A stretch of 52,747 nt of DNA, filler included, from Sphacelaria rigidula (Eukaryota): assembly GCA_964200075.2 (NCBI GenBank). It is 4 parts of 4 records of this genome, joined end to end, with 100 filler letters (N's around TTAATTAATTAA, not from the genome) between each part and the next. Parts side by side here need not be neighbours in the genome. Positions count along the whole stretch, not along the records: positions 1 to 13,115 come from CAXNAA020003144.1; 3 more parts are not named here. One strand, given 5' to 3'. Below the pieces are notes generated by a model, which was given only the letters and a program-made list of their open reading frames with translations, did no database searches and was not told where the DNA came from. Below, piece by piece: positions 1 to 10,833 of the stretch (position 1 is its first letter; each line of letters opens with the position of its first letter). A program made the position numbers and the translations under genes.

Positions 1-128
1 TCACGTTCTCACGCTTTCCACGGTGGAGAACATACGTCACGAAGAAAAGACCCAACGCATCGAGAATCGAACCCCCGTTCTCTCCACCCTAATGACGACA
101 GTCGGACCATTACACCACCGGGGTGCGG
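1..128 (-). mobile_element. tRNA-derived SINE (family 2), Pol III head plus start of body, truncated by scaffold start
   Basis: Reverse complement has A box TGGTGTAATGGT (106-117) and B box GGTTCGATTCTC (62-73). The body motif CTCACGT(T/C)CTCACG(C/T)TTTC recurs at ~15545-15632 and ~41620-41745. Confidence 0.6.
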
Positions 129-287
129 CGGCAATAGAACGGTTGCAGTGAAATAGTGCAACTCGAGTCATACTGGCACATCCGTTGGCTACGACTATTC
201 TGGCCTGTCCTCATTCGTGTCAATACTTGGGCAATGACTTTCACTATGGTACATCATTTACCATGCATACGACAACGCTTGGTGCTG

Positions 288-3200
288 GTGCTGACGCTGG
301 TGCCGCAGGAACGTGCCTTTCTTCTCAAACGTGAGCGTTGGAAGGGTTCTGGCACGGCTGCTTGGCGTCATTTCCGTCACCACTATGGCCATGGTGGCAT
401 ATTGTGCCCTGGCCTTTGCGAGGGCTGCGCAGGCGAGTTCTTGATGTTGATTGTCTGCTGCTGCTGCTGCTGCTGCTGCTGTTGTTGTTGTGGCTCTTGC
501 TATTTTGCGTCCTTCATACCTGGCCGTCGGGACATGCATGCCTTGAGTCAGGTTTTTCTTCCCGAATGCGATTTTTTTATGTTCGTACTTGCAAGCTGTA
601 TTGTTTTTTGTATATCATTATGGCTTACTCTCCGGATATTTGTGTGGGCATCTGACTTTTCTTCACTTGAGTTTCCTAAGATACATGTACGCAGACTACT
701 TGGCCTTATGCAAGAAAATGCTTGGCGCGAACAAGAATAAGATGTACACGTAATACCGGAATATCATCCAATGCTCCAGCCTGTTCATTAAGAAACTAAG
801 GAGGTGGGCACTGGAAAGGCTCATCTTGCATAGGACCTTAACGGTTTTACCTGCATCTTGCTGTGCGGGTTCATTTTATGTGCTGTGCGGCCGAAGATTG
901 TTGGCCGATCTTCATTTGACGCGCCGAATCCGTCTTGTTTGGTGGAACAGTTGTACTTAATCGTCCCATTTTTGTGTGCGTTAAGTCGAAGCGGCCTACT
1001 TGTACTTGGTCAGGAAAAAACCCTGCGTTTCCGCGTCCACATGTTCGTCCCTTCCTCCTGCTTGCCGACGTATCGGGATATCCCCCATCGTGTCTTGGGC
1101 TTCACTTCTATTTATTTTATTGGGAACATTTTGTCATCTCGGTAGGCCGACCCCGGTGCTCCTGCAGAACTGTGTGAATCAATTGCCATGTGTTCCTATA
1201 CGGCTGCGGTCATTCGCTCTCCGAACGTTTCGAGACACGGGCACATGTCTGCATTCGTTGTCGTTACCCCTACAATGTTTCCTCAGGACGAGCTTACCGT
1301 CAGTGTGTCGGCTTTGCTCAACACACACAGGTCAAGCGCGTCCTCGCTCTTGAGAGATTTGGCAACGCTCGCCTACTACTTTTGTATCGTCGGTGTGGCA
1401 ACACTGTTCATATGGAATAATATATACCTTGGAGAAGGCAAAGGAGCAGCAGCCGTAGCCGTTTTACTTGGTTTAGACGCCGGCGAGTGGGCAGGTGATC
1501 TCGAGTGGGAGCATGTTTGTTGGAGCATGTAGATATTTCGATGGTCTTCGCAGATGTGAGTATGTTCATACACCGAAGTGAGGAAGTTTTCAAAAGACCA
1601 CTCTACAGCATTTTTTTCACGATCTCAATTTTTGGCTCCGGTACGGCACTTCGCGTACCTTCTTCCTTTTGTCGGTGCCGTCGCGTTGCCCACCTTTGAC
1701 GAATGTTCTGGCCGAGTAGTATACATGTACCTGGATTGGATTAACATGGACGTCCCTGTTTTCTGCCGCAGGTCTGTAGCTACATGTTTTCGTGTTGTAC
1801 TGTAAGTACTGTAAGTAGTGCAAGTAATGCAGACATTCGGGCCTTTTTTCGGCTATCGCACCCCGGACTGTTGGGGCATCGTGCTTCGTGCTATGGATCT
1901 TGTTCGAGTCTATGGATGCATCTCGGTACTGTATGCAGCACATCCTCTGCCTGGTACAGCGTTGGACTCTGTGAACGTGGATAGCGTATTCCATCTGTCC
2001 CATCCGCTGCAGGCATCCTGTACTGTGGTTTTCTGGTGCTCGCACCCTCCGCCACGAAGTAAGAGTATCTTACTTGACATCGGCCCCTTCCCTTCCCCCT
2101 CGAATTGGCACCTTTCATCTCTTGATGTTCACTGCACTTGGGGTGTGGTTGGAATGGTGCGATTGGTGCGCGTTGCAGTCGCTGTGCTGTCTGCGGTTTC
2201 ATCAGGAGTTCTTTCTCGTATATCTGCACCGAAGGTGAGCAGTGCGTGCAGCTCGTGGCTGTAAGATGGATTCAGACTTCAGATCAAAGCCCTAGACCAG
2301 TACTTGTTTAAAGCGGCGAAGCCATACAGGGTATGGCGTTTTTTTGTGGTTGAAGCATCGCCAGATGTGTGTACATCGTGTCGACAGTGATTTGTCACGC
2401 GTGAACGCATGCCGAAATGCTGGGAGCGGCATTTCCCAGTAAAATGTATCAGATCAAATCGTGATCTCCCGCACGTACTTGCCCTAGAACGCAGACTGCT
2501 CCTGTCTGTAGCAATGCAGGCATGTGTGCCTAACTTACTTGGTCATAGACCGGTAGCCTCCGGAGCATGTTCACAGGAGATGGATGGGTAGCACCTGGCC
2601 AATGCGTCGGCCCGTAACATTTGCTTTCGTAAACTGTCTCCAGCTCAAGTGTTCCGTGCATGTTCTGGCCCTGTTGGGCAGTTCAAATCTCACGTCCGTT
2701 GTAGATTCACGTCTCTATACTGTATCTTCCGCCGGCCCGTGAATGACTCGGCCGCGACTGGAGGATACGACACACAAGAGCTATATACACTGACATTCTG
2801 AGCACCAGATGTCACAGCAACCAAAGCGGCATTGTGGAGTCATTATCGCTGGCAAGCGTTCTTCGAGCTTGCCGACGACAAGATGAGCAATGTGATTCTG
2901 CGGGGGCAGGCTAGCTGGCTTTACTTGGCTCAAAGAATCAGTACAAGCCGGACTGAAATACAATAGAATGCAGCCATGTCCTGGACAGCACGTTTTCAGT
3001 TGTAGTTCCTACAGGGGTGAGGATTTTTACTACTTGACTGATGTCGAGTATCGATGAGTGCCATGAGAGAGAAAGAGAGCTTTCATTTGACTCTGGTTGC
3101 ACGACATGCCGTTTCAAACCGTGGTGGCATCAATCACATGTTGCGCAAACTGTGCGTCCATGTGTGCAGGGTGAAGTCACTCCTCATTGAAGGAGGCACC

Positions 3201-4340
3201 AAGTACCTGATGGCTTGTGAGCGCGTTCGGCTCGGATTTTGTCCACGTGTGTTCACCAGTCACGATGTCTCCTGTCTATGGCGCGCGTTAGCCTTACCAA
3301 CGATGCCCGAAGCGAGCATAGTGCTTGAAAAGTGGGTAGCGCGCTCATCATGTATGTACAGCATCGGAATTGGTGCCGTTCCTGCGTCATCGTCGGTCAA
3401 TTGGAGTTTACGCAGGGAAAACATATTGCGTCAAGTTGTTGTTTTGATACTCATTTCACAATGCTGATTGAGTCGCTTAACTCGACATCTAATTCAAGTT
3501 CTGATTTCTTTGTCTGTGTCACGTGTGCCCTAATGTGCTTCCTAATACCCTCTTTTCGCCTTCCCTGATGTATGTCATGTGCCGAGATACGCCCAAGGTC
3601 ATCACGGCACTGTTGCACGCGTTTTGGTCCATGTGTCGGGTAACTCTCCGATGCATAGCTATATGGGCCTGCTGCGTTCAGGGACCATACAGCTTCAAAA
3701 GCCTCAGCTTGCTATTTGTGAGTCGCATGATGCAAGTCAGACCGCACCACAGGCATTAGTCACTGAAGCTGCATACGCGGAGGCGAGAGCTGTGGATCGT
3801 GGACTGGGTGGGCTTGCGGGGGTAACGGATGTCAACAGTTGATATCGCCTTCGTGTACGGCGGAAATGTAACGAGCGAGTGAGCGAGGGAAGGGTTGTAT
3901 TCTGGTGAAACGTTCATTTCAGCAACGTTGGTGCCTCGCTTTAGCGCAAGATTGATACCTTCGACAGTTTTGTGGGGAGACACGTCGGACGACGCCGTAG
4001 AATTGTTTTCCGTTGCTATGCTGTGCATTTTTTGTTGTGCCGATGGTGGCAACGCGCAATGTTAGATATCACGCCAACTGTAGACGCAACGAAATCGTCC
4101 ACCCCTACGACTTTCTCATTCGCTCTCTCGCTTTGCCAGAAAGGGCACGGATTTCTGCGGGTACTGCTTTTGATGGTGGAGATGAGGGCAGCGTGGAAAA
4201 GAGGCCGCGAGATGGTCGCCAATTTCAACAAGGTCTCCCTTGCGTTCATGCAGAGCATCGTGCAGACCGCAGCGGTTGATTGCTCGCTTGATGCCCCACG
4301 GGTGAGAAAATGTGTCGAAAGAACTTGCCTGCAGTAGGAG
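288..4340 (-). pseudogene. Highly decayed Sola3-like DDD transposase remnant (many stops and frameshifts)
   Basis: Minus-strand motifs in the order expected for Sola3-type transposases: IRKH (~3540), CTHGRTVCATC (3136-3168), YRQEQSAF*GK (2478-2510, cf. RExQxxWFGK), QKNAIPCMAS/KQVL (~2300-2350, cf. QD motif), FEGEGKGP (2081-2104, cf. GKxxxD), WGISRY (1070-1090), and a frameshifted C2H2 finger CQNPS/TLTFEKKGTFLRHQRQH (288-354). Family motifs recalled from memory; no TIRs confirmed. Confidence 0.45.
456..491. repeat. (CTG)n/(TTG)n trinucleotide microsatellite
   Basis: Direct read of the sequence. Confidence 0.95.
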
Positions 4341-4590
4341 TGTGCTTTGTTGAGGCTTTCTTTGTTCTACAGATATCATAGTGTCGGGCATTTGCGTGCC
4401 CGATTATGGGTCCTTACCCTGGCATGGGTGTGTGTCGTCAAGTGGTGCCTTGATATGAGCCACTGATAATGTCGCATTCCTCGATGCGAGAACGACAGCC
4501 CTTGATTTTGTCAAATTTTATGTTGCCAGCTGCTCGTCCGAGGGTACAAAAGGGGTGTAAGCATTTTAGTTGAACATTGCTACCCGTACA

Positions 4591-5052
4591 GCGGACGCTG
4601 GCTCCAATGCCGATCTCGCGATCTGTGCGATGGAGAATCGGCGTGATGAAAGCACCGCGTTGCGTCTTGCGGACGACGGCCAGGGTTGTGTTACGATAGA
4701 CTTGAGATCATGATCACTTGACACTCTGTGCCATCAATTCGATACAATTCCGTGTCTCCCGATAATGGTCAACGGTCTGTGTGGTGACTACTCATGTTTA
4801 AGGCATTTCGCTCTGCAGGAATGTTGTACGCTCTGCCTAGGTTCCTTGCTGCTCGAATCTACCACCGCACATGTTGCTGGAGTTTGTGCGCCTTGCCATG
4901 GGGCAGGAGTGGCGACTGCACCGTGGGAACGTACGGACTCAACATTGACTGACTCGGAACAGGGGTTTGTAGAAACTCTTTGCTGCAAGAAACTGTGCCA
5001 CTCGAAGTGCATGCAAGAGTGGATTTCCAAGACGGCGACATGCCCCAGGTGA
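4591..5052 (+). pseudogene. Decayed RING-H2-like finger protein with upstream SIM-like motif
   Basis: One reading frame: ...GCVTIDLRS* (TGA 4711-4713) ...CCTLCLGSL...VETLCCKKLCHSKCMQEWISKTATCPR*. The CxxC ... C-x3-CHxxCxxxW-x6-CP pattern is RING-like, with TGA exactly where the last Cys is expected. Confidence 0.6.
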
Positions 5053-6571
5053 AACTAGCTATTGCGGCTTCTGTGTATGGTGCTGTGGAAATACAGGACG
5101 GATCAGATGCGCCAAGTACACCGTTGTCTTCTCTCAAGGGGCCAGTTCCGTGAGGCGGGGGGGTGACGTTATTTTCTCGGAACCGGCCAGAAATGAACCG
5201 TAAGGCTGTGGTCCGGTCTCTTCAAGCCAGCTTGCAATCCCTTTGAGGCAGCTTGCGACAATCCATGCGCCACTTCTTCAACTTCGTACCATTTTAGAGC
5301 AGATTGCGGGGGTGGCATTGAATACAAAATGCACGCGATTTGCGCTATCTTTTCCCTAACGAATGCGTCCTCCCCCATGAGTATATTCTGCAAAGCCTGC
5401 GACCACTCGAACGCGCTCCTTGAATGCGTAAAGTCTACGGATTAATATGCACAGAAGTGTACTTCGCAACAAAGGTACCTCAAGTTGTATGGATTTTGTA
5501 CAGGATTTAGACAGGGAAGTTGATCGTTTGTCTGAAAAAAAGGCAAACAAGGCGAGAAAAACAGCCGAAATCCATTTCATCGATCTATTTGTCGATGCCC
5601 CGTGCTTAGCGTCTGTTTGTTGGCCAAAGCAAAGCAATAAGACGTGCATGCAGTGTCACGGGTCACGGGCTTCTCAGCAAATATGCATGGTGACGGACGA
5701 GTATGTTGGAAAACAAATGGGACAAATATCGTGCACTCACAGTACTTTTTGGCGGGTGATACTGCCCATATACGGTTCGTTTTTCTTCTTTTATTTGGTG
5801 GGTTGGACAGGCTCATGTTATTTCGTGCGTGTCATGTTTTTGCGGAGGATAAAGCCTTTCATATGAGAGCACTTTCACAATGCCTCCACAGAGTAGGAAC
5901 GTTGGATTACTCAACTCCATAGGTTGAGCATGGCAAGGTTTTGCGGCTTTGAAATGTCGCGCATATAGCACAAGGAGGCCATGCTAGCGGTCGGGGCGTG
6001 TTGGCGATGTGATCTAGAAAACACAGTTTTAACTTCCCAATAGTGCACGAAAATCGAAAAGGACAGTCTCTGCTGACTCACTTGAACGTCCTACAACGAT
6101 GTTACGATTAAAAGTCAAACCCTGCTGCGTTTTTCACATCTGTACGGATCCGGCCCCGTAAAAGGGAGATATTATGTGTTCGGTTTGGCGGTCACGCCTC
6201 GTTTCCGAAATTGGAATGTGGGTGTTGCTGTTTGTGTATTTTCAAGTTTGCCGCTGTTGAGAACCCCATCTCATAAGAGAGGTACGCGTAGGTAACCATA
6301 TGACCAGCTCTAAGTGATCGCGTGAGCTCGTGGTACATGATTACACCGTTTTATGCACGTCTAAAAGCGATACTCTTTCGGTATAAGTGGTGGGCTGGAG
6401 GTGACCGCTGGAAGTAATTGTTCCTTATCGCTTCGCACTGTTTCCCGCTAAACGCTCTATGTCTCTTTTGCACGCATATCATTGCTCACGACGATATTTG
6501 TGCCGATCTAAGATACACGCTCTTTAACCCACCACCGTACTCGTTCGCGGACGTATCCCGTCGTTGCCCAG

Positions 6572-7326
6572 CTGCGAGGGGATACCTGTACGTGGTGCAA
6601 AGCAGTGGGACTGGATAAGGCGCATGATGAGCCATCCCCTGACGTCGCTCTTACTCTATTGTGGGAATTGCTGGCAGCTATTGCTGCAGTATTTTCTGGT
6701 TCGGCGACACACGTTGTTCAGCTGGAAGACACGGCGCAAAATTGCACGTCTACAAGTGGTGAGCCACGGACGCCTGTTTTGGGATGGGTTGGCAGGAATC
6801 AATCGTTCACGGCCAGGAATCAATCGTTCACTACCAGGAATCAATCGTTCCCTTCCAAGTATCAATCAAATCGGTTTGCTGAAGTTGCCAGCTTTTCGAG
6901 CTCAAGACTCAGAAATTAGTTTCCCCATGGTAAATGGCCGTGAAGAGGGCGGAAATGTCCCTTTAATTGGCGAAATTCGGAATTCTCGTAGTTGCAGAAC
7001 ATGTGGGTAAATTTACGCTATCAATCGTCGTGGAGTTTCGGCCTCTCGCCGAATCGAGAAATATTGCCCGATCGGTGCTTGAAAAGTCCTCGTTGACCAG
7101 GGTATGCTAGCAACGTTCGCTAGCCGTCAGACCGGTGATGTGCCGAGTCTATCCTGACATGTATTCACGGTGGGGTTTTTAATTTCCCCGAAAACCGCGT
7201 TGCTGTCGTTGCCGTCCCATACTGCTGCTGTGGCCGTTTCCCGTGCTTTTTACCGCTCGTCAGGAGTACGAACGGCTGTTGGCAGCAAACGATGAGCTTC
7301 GGAAAAGTATCGCAGCCGCCAAATGA
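6572..7326 (+). CDS. Last two exons (6572-6758, 7264-7326) of an unidentified host gene
   Basis: CAG acceptors, GTGAGC donor and phase-compatible join: ...WDWIRRMMSHPLTSLLLY...RKIARLQV|EYERLLAANDELRKSIAAAK*. The C-terminus looks coiled-coil. Confidence 0.5.
6793..6867. repeat. 21-bp tandem repeat, ~3.5 copies (CAGGAATCAATCGTTCACGGC-like), intronic
   Basis: Units start at 6793, 6814 and 6835, with a partial unit at 6856. Confidence 0.9.
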
Positions 7327-7761
7327 AAGCTTCAACTGGGTGTATGAATACCAACATACCAGCGCGCATACCTAGGTCAAGGCCACATGTGCTCTTGGGG
7401 GCTCCAGCTGGGAGCAGATTGCATACGCTTCAGTCATATACATAGTTGGGCACTAGCACTTACGTCATGAGCTGACGTGGATTGCAATACCAGCGGGGAA
7501 TGAGCTTCGAGAGGACACGTTGTTGACGAAGTGAGCTGTACTCGAGTGTCGCCCGAGCACTAGAGAGAGCGGGCGAAGTGGAACCCACTTTCATTGTGGG
7601 GGACAATCAGGAGCAGTATTTGAGTAAAGACATCATGCGGGGCCCCATACCATCTTGACCCGCGGTAATAAAATAATCAACAATCCATCCTTGGAATACC
7701 TGCTGGGAAATCGCGGCGTGTACAATACGGCATGAAATTGCCAACAGCGTGCACATTGGCC

Positions 7762-8136
7762 GGTCGCCCCGGTGGCCGAGTTGGTACCCTCGAAACCTTC
7801 TGACGATTGGGTCGTGAGTTCGTATCTCGATGACGTCACACAATCTGTTTTTTTTCTCACACCATGCCCGACAGTGGATAGGGACCATGTCGTGGGTACA
7901 CAAAATTCGACTTCACGGTCGACGAGGGAAGGGGATCGCCGAACCCTACTCGCGATAGAAATAAGGCAAGCGCCGCAAAAGAAAGGTGGAGAAGTGAAAC
8001 GACATGAAGCAAAAAAAACTCTTGTGTCTGTGTAAATCCTGTGTCAGCCTTCCTTTTGTGTGACGCCGGCTGATACGCCCACATATACCCAAAGGTATGG
8101 ACTGGCGTCCACAGTAGATGGGATGGCAACACACAC
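7762..8136 (+). mobile_element. tRNA-derived SINE (family 1), near full length, with CA-rich tail
   Basis: A box TGGCCGAGTTGG (7773-7784), anticodon-like loop TTCTGAC and B box GTTCGTATC (7818-7826). Body and 3' end are homologous to 41058-41606 (-); the 3' end is also at 9583-9680 and 26072-26177. Confidence 0.8.
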
Positions 8137-8343
8137 AGCATCCAATCACCCCCCCCCCCCCCCCCCCCCCCCACACCCACACCAACAAATCAAAAAAGCA
8201 AAAACCAAAACAAAGCACGGTATCGCGNNNNNNNNNNCCCACAAACACCCAAAGGGTGGCCCGGGCCCCCCGATATGGTGGGGAGACAACCACACCCGCA
8301 CCCAACCCCCCCCCCCCCCCCCCCCGTATTTGCAATTGTAACA

Positions 8344-8652
8344 GTGAGACACCCATGAAGCAGTGTATAAGCTGTGGCTGTCTCTGGAAGTAGTGATACC
8401 AAAAAATAAAGCAACTCATGGTAGGCTGTCATCCAAATCCAAAATGATCAATGCGCTATGGACCGGACAATCTCAGCAGGATGCAGCTCACCCTTCATGC
8501 GACTCGCCGAACACACTACGGCGCTTCGCGCTTGATGATTGAGTGCGACCCTGGTCCGGCGAAAACCCGGCGTGTTCCGTCCCGGCTTTGTAGAGATGCG
8601 AGGCCAATGGTCTTGTGACTATGGCATGCATGATCATGAGTATACACCCCCC
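8344..8652 (+). mobile_element. ~300-bp interspersed repeat (SINE-like, LINE-related 3' end, C-rich tail)
   Basis: Colinear homologues at 20107-20418 (-) and 39727-40047 (+), on different scaffolds. The 3' 20-mer matches the LINE 3' end at 37437-37457. Confidence 0.75.
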
Positions 8653-9582
8653 GTATTCGCAAGCAATTTCCTGGCGAGGACGCTGACAGACTTGCTGACT
8701 TGTCGACTTACCTTGACGGGCGTAAGACACGAAGACATGCTTAATGTTCAATCGGGATCAATTGCACATGATAAAAGTATGCATTATCCAGATGTACGAA
8801 GTCTGTCGGACTCAGATCGAAGTGTCATCAGAAACAAGGGCCGCGATGCTAACCTTGGAAGCGTCAAGTCGACCCTCTGATTCGTCGGGGCCGTGCACAC
8901 CTCACCATTTTTTGGAAATTCAGCAAGCGCCCTCAACGAGATCTGGAGACCCCCTTAGCGAGTACATCTGCTTGCTGCATCTTTGCTTGGCCGCTTACTA
9001 CTCGCGCATATACATCCTATCAGAGTTTCCGCGCCGCATCATGACGCTACACAGTATACCCACCTGAACAGCGGATATATATGTTGATTGAACCACCCGC
9101 GATAAGATTACGAACTGATACTTTCCCCTTTTAGGCGCCTTTGACATCCGAACGGTTGGTGGTGCGAAGCCGTGCGTCCACCACCTCCTCCATCGTTTTG
9201 CAGCGTTTATTTCGTCGAGAAATATTTGAAGCACCCTAGACGGCGATACCGATGTAGCGCGCCTCGCTGTTGTCAATGGCTACGTGTGTTGGGCTACAAA
9301 ATTCTTCATACAGAATTTTAGCAGTCACTGGTTCACAGAGGTAGATAATATTCCCCACGATCCACCGGTGTTCAAGCGTCAAGATAACGCAGGTGATGGC
9401 TCATTATTGCCACAAAACATGGGGCGAAATACACGACGCTGCTTTTCTTACGCTGGTGTGCAACCTCTTCTCTGTAGTTCTATTTCTTGTTGCGATAGAA
9501 TAAATAGGACGTCAGACGCCGGCGAGCGCTACATTCAAGCTCAACGTTTCAAAATAAATGGTTGTGCTCTCTGAAAAAAAGT

Positions 9583-9783
<201 letters not shown>

Positions 9784-10136
9784 TCACTATCCACCTCTGC
9801 GTACTATGTGGTAGCTGCGTGACCAATTCAGGGTTGTGTCCCTTGTTGCTCTGTGCAGCCGGAGGAGGTCTTGATTTCTATTACTTTCGCCGCATCGTGT
9901 GTTCATTTTTAGGTTATGAGTCATAATCCATACCACTGTACCAAGTGATCGCCACAGAGTACACTCTAAACACGAACCTTGGAGGAACACCATGAACTGG
10001 ATGACCTCGGGAAGGTCAGTTTTCAAGCGCATCTGCCCATGGATGTTGTGCGCACGCGCTGTTTATTGCTTACTGTGTCGAACAATGTTCCAGCAACCAA
10101 TCGGGGTTGTTGTACAATGCGATACGCCGTACTAGG

Positions 10137-10359
10137 TGTAATGCGTGAGAGGACTGCGTGCTTAGAGGACCGCATCGGAATTTGAACATCCCTATGGTTA
10201 GGGTTAGGATCGATGTTTTTCAAAACCAATCGGGCCAGTCCCTGCAGGTACCACATCCCTGACCGTAACCCCAACACGAACCCTAACCGTAACTCTAACC
10301 ATGGGGATGTTCAAGTTCCGATGCGGTCCTCTAAGCACGCGGTCCTCTCACGCATTACA
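10137..10359. mobile_element. 223-bp MITE-like element with ~70-bp TIRs (TGT...ACA) whose inner ends are telomeric TTAGGG/CCCTAA repeats
   Basis: TGTAATGCGTGAGAGGACTGCGTGCTTAGAGGACCGCATCGGAATTTGAACATCCCTATGGTTAGGGTTAGG pairs almost perfectly with 10287-10359. Confidence 0.85.
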
Positions 10360-10539
10360 GTTTGGTCGTGATTTTTACTGTTTGAACAGCCGATCACCCA
10401 TCTTGACGATGGAGCTTTTCATTGCGGATGACAAGTCAGGGAACCTAAATCTTCGGATCCACGACAATTCATCGAAATATCGTTGCATTTCATCACCTCC
10501 TGGTGGCTATTGAAATCACCTACAAACCATACAAATAAG

Positions 10540-10833
10540 AACGTCTTCGTGAGATTGAGGGCAGAGCGCTAATTGAGAGCGGTTTCGATCACTCGCTTTG
10601 GCTCAGCCACTTCTTCATTCAGTGTGTACTTCTCTTTGTCTCCATTACTGGCGTGTGCTTACAGCTACACATCGCTATCCTACTCAAGATATGAAGGGCC
10701 TCAGTGGCGAACTGCTACAAAAGGCATATCGGGTCTCGCCGAGGGGCAATTTCGGAACTGAAACGATTCATTCACTAATTAGACGCTTACCACTCTCAAT
10801 CGTATCATCTACTTTCGAACTCACGAAAATGTT
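10540..10833. mobile_element. ~290-bp MITE (TIR ~TTTTCGTGAGATTGAGAGTAGAG)
   Basis: Imperfect TIRs; homologous copies in the opposite orientation at ~27530-27837 and ~49448-49740. Confidence 0.8.

Noticed and set aside
156..740. 194-aa poly-Cys ORF, and similar poly-Pro/Gly/Lys/HT/VC ORFs at ~8060-8430, 9512-9926, 31424-32081 and 37981-38647
   Set aside because: Open frames created by microsatellites and homopolymers; no protein-like content.
6793..6867. CRISPR-like array
   Set aside because: Contiguous tandem units without unique spacers, no cas genes, eukaryotic context.
7762..7835. Functional tRNA gene
   Set aside because: The acceptor stem does not close, and the sequence continues into a multi-copy body and tail, so it is a SINE head. 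The same applies to 61-128.
8344..8652. Self-cleaving ribozyme in the 300-bp repeat
   Set aside because: No hammerhead CUGAnGA/GAAA core or HDV-like pairing was identifiable by eye; an Infernal/Rfam scan would be needed.
8714..8751. TIR-domain start (KHVFVSYARQ) on the - strand
   Set aside because: Only ~10 residues and no further TIR boxes or compatible exons found; likely chance.
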